Assembly (NCBI GenBank): GCA_010909165.1
Contig: VJWM01000025.1
Location: 1,736,001-1,800,000 of the forward strand
Direction of reading: 5' to 3'
Source: Anthoceros angustus
Lineage: Eukaryota > Plantae > Anthocerotophyta
DNA: 64,000 nt
Shown: positions 60,701-64,000 of the stretch, piece by piece
Numbering within the stretch: the first letter of the stretch is position 1
Layout: the number at the start of each line of letters is the position of its first letter
Notes under the pieces: model-generated
What the model saw: only the letters and a program-made list of their open reading frames with translations
Told to the model about the DNA's origin: nothing
Database searches by the model: none
Position numbers and translations under genes: made by a program

Positions 60701-62626
60701 AGTGTTAAAACGCCACAATGCCACTACTGAAGCAACAGATTGGGAGGATTGGATAGCATACAAGTTTAGAAAGTCTTGAACCTAAAGAAAGTCTTGTCCT
60801 GCAGAAAGTGGCATGGAAAATATCTGTATGGAAAATGTCCAATGTAATTACCGAGGGGTATCAGTAATTACGTCAGAATATACGGTGATAATATAAGATA
60901 TAAAATAGGTAGATTGTAAAGCCATAAGCCTCTGCAGTTTCCACCTCAATTTCTAAAATGGAGGGACAACAAATATGTAGAAGGAAGGTGGAGTTGGACC
61001 TCATTTTTTTTAGAGCCTAAACTCAACTCTGACACCAAAAATGATTTAAAGCATACATCCCAATCTCTACATATTTATGAAGTCTCCATGTTCCCCCTTT
61101 GAAGATGTACAAGAGAGATTTTATTGAGGTGAAAAAATGATGGGAAAAGCCCATCTAGAAGGGGACAACCAAAGGGGACCAGGGGGTCGAGGTGAAGAGG
61201 AGCAAATGAGCTCCCTACCTAAAGTCACATACTGCACCCACAATGTCATATGTAGGAAGAATAAATGGCCTGCAAACCACGGAGGTAGAGGAAGATGCGT
61301 CACCTACTGTCACCGCCTTGTGGAGGATCGCCATTGAGAGCGCCCGTTGAAGGGCAATTGAAACCCATTAACAAGGTCTCCTAAGAAGTAGAGACGGCTC
61401 CTCGTCTCTAATTTTGAGGGTGTGAAAACAGGGGTTTGTTTTCGGAAAACCGTGTATTAGGCTCTTTTTAAAATTCTACTTAAAAATGATGTATGAAGAA
61501 TGAAGAGTTTTCAAATGAAACCGTGCATTTCAAGGTTTGTTTACTAATTAGTCCTTTTTTCCCTCTATACTATATGACCTACCCTAAAAAAACACGCAAG
61601 ATTTGAAGATAAATACCTGATGTGGGGTCTGTTTGCACATTTTCACACCAGCCAAGATTTCAATAAGCGTTCACATAAGCGCTCACATAATAAATAGGAA
61701 AGTGTTTAAGCGTTCACATCGTAAATAGGAAAGTGGTGGGAACGATTCACCAAATGAAACGACTCGACCCCGGACATCCGATGCGAGCGCGCACCGTTCA
61801 GCAGGAGTCAAAAGGGTTTTGATTTAAATATCCGGACACACGGTGCAAACGCTGCACGCGGTATGATGCCTTTGGTGCTTCAGAGCCAGAAATCGTGCCT
61901 TTCCCACTGCCGTGGGACATGGCAGTCGTCTCGCCATTGGCCGTTGAATAGCACGAATGTGTTCACCCAATCGCCTCCGCGCTCATCCAAAGTGCTTCTG
62001 CGTCCGCGCACTACTGGTCTTGTTCAGATGGGGTTTGGATGCAAAGCCATTCCGCTACAATGGCAGACCATGCTCCACAACGTGGAGATTTGGAATGGCA
62101 GCGGCTTCAAGGTTTTGGTTCACCATCACGTGTCGTGCACGACAATGTGCTGTCGCGTATATGGGTAAACAAGGAATGAGTAAAAGGATTGCGGCTGGTG
62201 GTCATCCACCCGTTTCGATTTACCAATCGCCGCTTTGATTGTCAATGAGCAAATGTTTGACATCCCTCTGTGAAGAGTGCCAATGCTCAAACATGAATCT
62301 TTGGAGGGCTAGCGGCGAAGAGGCCACGTTGACAGCAGGATAGCACCGAGCGACCCGCCCCGACTATCCGTGTCGAGGTTGGTGTGCGGACATGTATGCC
62401 TCACTACAAGTCAAAGCACAAATCATTCTTCACGAGTCCAACAAGTAAACGCAACTATGCTTGTCAATCGGGTCCTCCACGCATCCCACCAAACGATTCG
62501 GATGCTAGATATTGTTTGGTTGTCCACCCATGCGCTGGCCTCGTACATCCACCTCCCTCCAAACACATGCATTCACCGCCATCGCTGAAGTTAGACTTTC
62601 TCTCCGGCAGCAAAGCGGTATCAAAG

Positions 62627-64000
62627 CGATATCACTTGAAGTTGAATCCCTATCCATAACAACCACCCGATCCCCGGTGACGGCGGTCCATCCGGGTCCG
62701 AGCTGCGTATAAATCACACTGCACTACCCGTATTTCCAAGTAATTCCTCACCGCGTGAATTGTATTGGCGCAAGATGCGCCGGAGGAGGATGTCGAGCAC
62801 ATGCGCCACGGTCCTCTCCACCCCCACTTATTGCTCTCATCCAACCCGCTCCCCACGGCCGTGATCGCTGCTCCCGTCTCCTTACTTCCCTGCCACACCC
62901 GTGGACCCCATAAGCCCGGCCTGCGCCTTACACGACCTCCCATCGGGAACATCCTTCCGAAGGCAGAGGAGGCCGTGGAGTGGCGGAATCCAGACCGAAT
63001 TGCGCCCAATTCCACCTGCTGCTCGGATCCAAGGCCTACCCCGCGGTGCGATGAATTAGGGCATCCGGTGACAAACCCCGCCGGCCAAGCCCACGAGGCT
63101 CGTCATCCTGCGGGCGCAGCTGCCTCCGCCTTCCCACACGCTCCAATTCCCTCCCGGCCCCTACCATGCACACGCACCTTCCAGAACCTCCGCCACCACG
63201 AGTCCGCGCGATCTCCCCAGCCGCACCCTCGGCCGGCCGCCGCCGGTGGACTCCCAGCTGACGGCGTGAAGGGAAGGGCCCCGGCCCGCTCCCGAGGAGC
63301 AGAGCAGCGGCACCAGCGTGGATCTGCGAGCCGACAAGCCTCCCGCCGCATCACCGCCGCGCCACGGTAGTCGGAGAGGCACCGGCCGGAATCGAGAGAG
63401 CTGAGACCGTGGAGTGGCGGAGTCGCAGGCCAGCCGGGCGGTAATTCCGATGCCGGCGTCGCGGTGGCGGCGGCACCAGCGTGGATCTGCGAGCCGACAG
63501 AGGAGGCCGTGGGAGTGGCGGAGTCGCAGGCGGAGTCGGATCGTGGCGATGCCGATGCCAAGGCGATTTGGGTATTGGTGGTGTGCGGGTTCCGTGTCTC
63601 GAGTCCCGACATAGCCAGCCACCATTTCGGATTTACCAAGTGGATAAGTAAGCCTTCGAAGGCAGAGGAGGCCGTGGCGCCGGACGTCCGATGCTCGCAG
63701 CGATTCCGGAAAGCGGATATTACTTCCCTTGCTCCTTGCGTTTTCTATTCCATACGATTCGAGTGTGTACAAGTGGATATGTTGGTTTGAAATTACTAGG
63801 ATATTTATACTCAAATTCATGGTTCCTTGGAACACGATTTTTTAAATAGCATTGGCGTGCGCTTACTTGCAGCCGATATCACTTGAAGTTGAATCCCTAT
63901 CCATAACAACCACCCGATCCCCTACAGAGAGCATCCATCCGGTCCCGAATCACAGATCGTCATACCGCAGTACCGACGGCACCTCACACCAAAGGAATTA
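62627..64000. repeat. GC-rich ~1.25-kb direct-repeat unit with internal duplications (unclassified, TE-like)
   Basis: A 49-bp stretch at 62627-62675 recurs at 63874-63922. An exact 30-mer occurs at 63307 and 63470, and gaaggcagaggaggccgtgg at ~62959 and ~63658. Confidence 0.7.

Noticed and set aside
62765-63835. ORFs of 178-224 aa near the window end
   Set aside because: They are overlapping, low-complexity frames in GC-rich repeated DNA with no recognisable domain.

Overview
Eukaryotic, gene-dense land-plant DNA. Short GT-AG introns, GC-rich exons and the gene content suggest a lycophyte such as Selaginella (inferred, not proven). From left to right: an LRL-type bHLH gene hit by a ~1.68-kb intragenic tandem duplication; an unidentified multi-exon gene or pseudogene; a single-domain DUF26 secreted protein; ABC1K4; an AWPM-19-like gene; ERV1; an NDR1/HIN1-like (LEA_2) gene; an At3g12940-like 2OG-Fe(II) oxygenase-fold gene; a GDSL protein that appears to lack its catalytic Asp/His; transposon debris; and an aspartate/glutamate-carrier-like (AGC/aralar-type) MCF gene with a plastid-like N-terminal extension. 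The repeat-rich right half holds a ~1,090-aa Pro/His-rich protein whose BTB-BACK domain is completed only by splicing across a minisatellite intron, a ~1.07-kb tandem duplication, a truncated LINE, a four-copy HMA-domain gene cluster (two intact, two pseudogenes) sharing an unrecognised aromatic N-terminal motif, several minisatellites and a hAT remnant. Homopolymer indels in the duplicated segments look like long-read consensus errors. I saw no tRNA, rRNA or CRISPR array. All assignments come from reading and aligning by eye; no searches were run.
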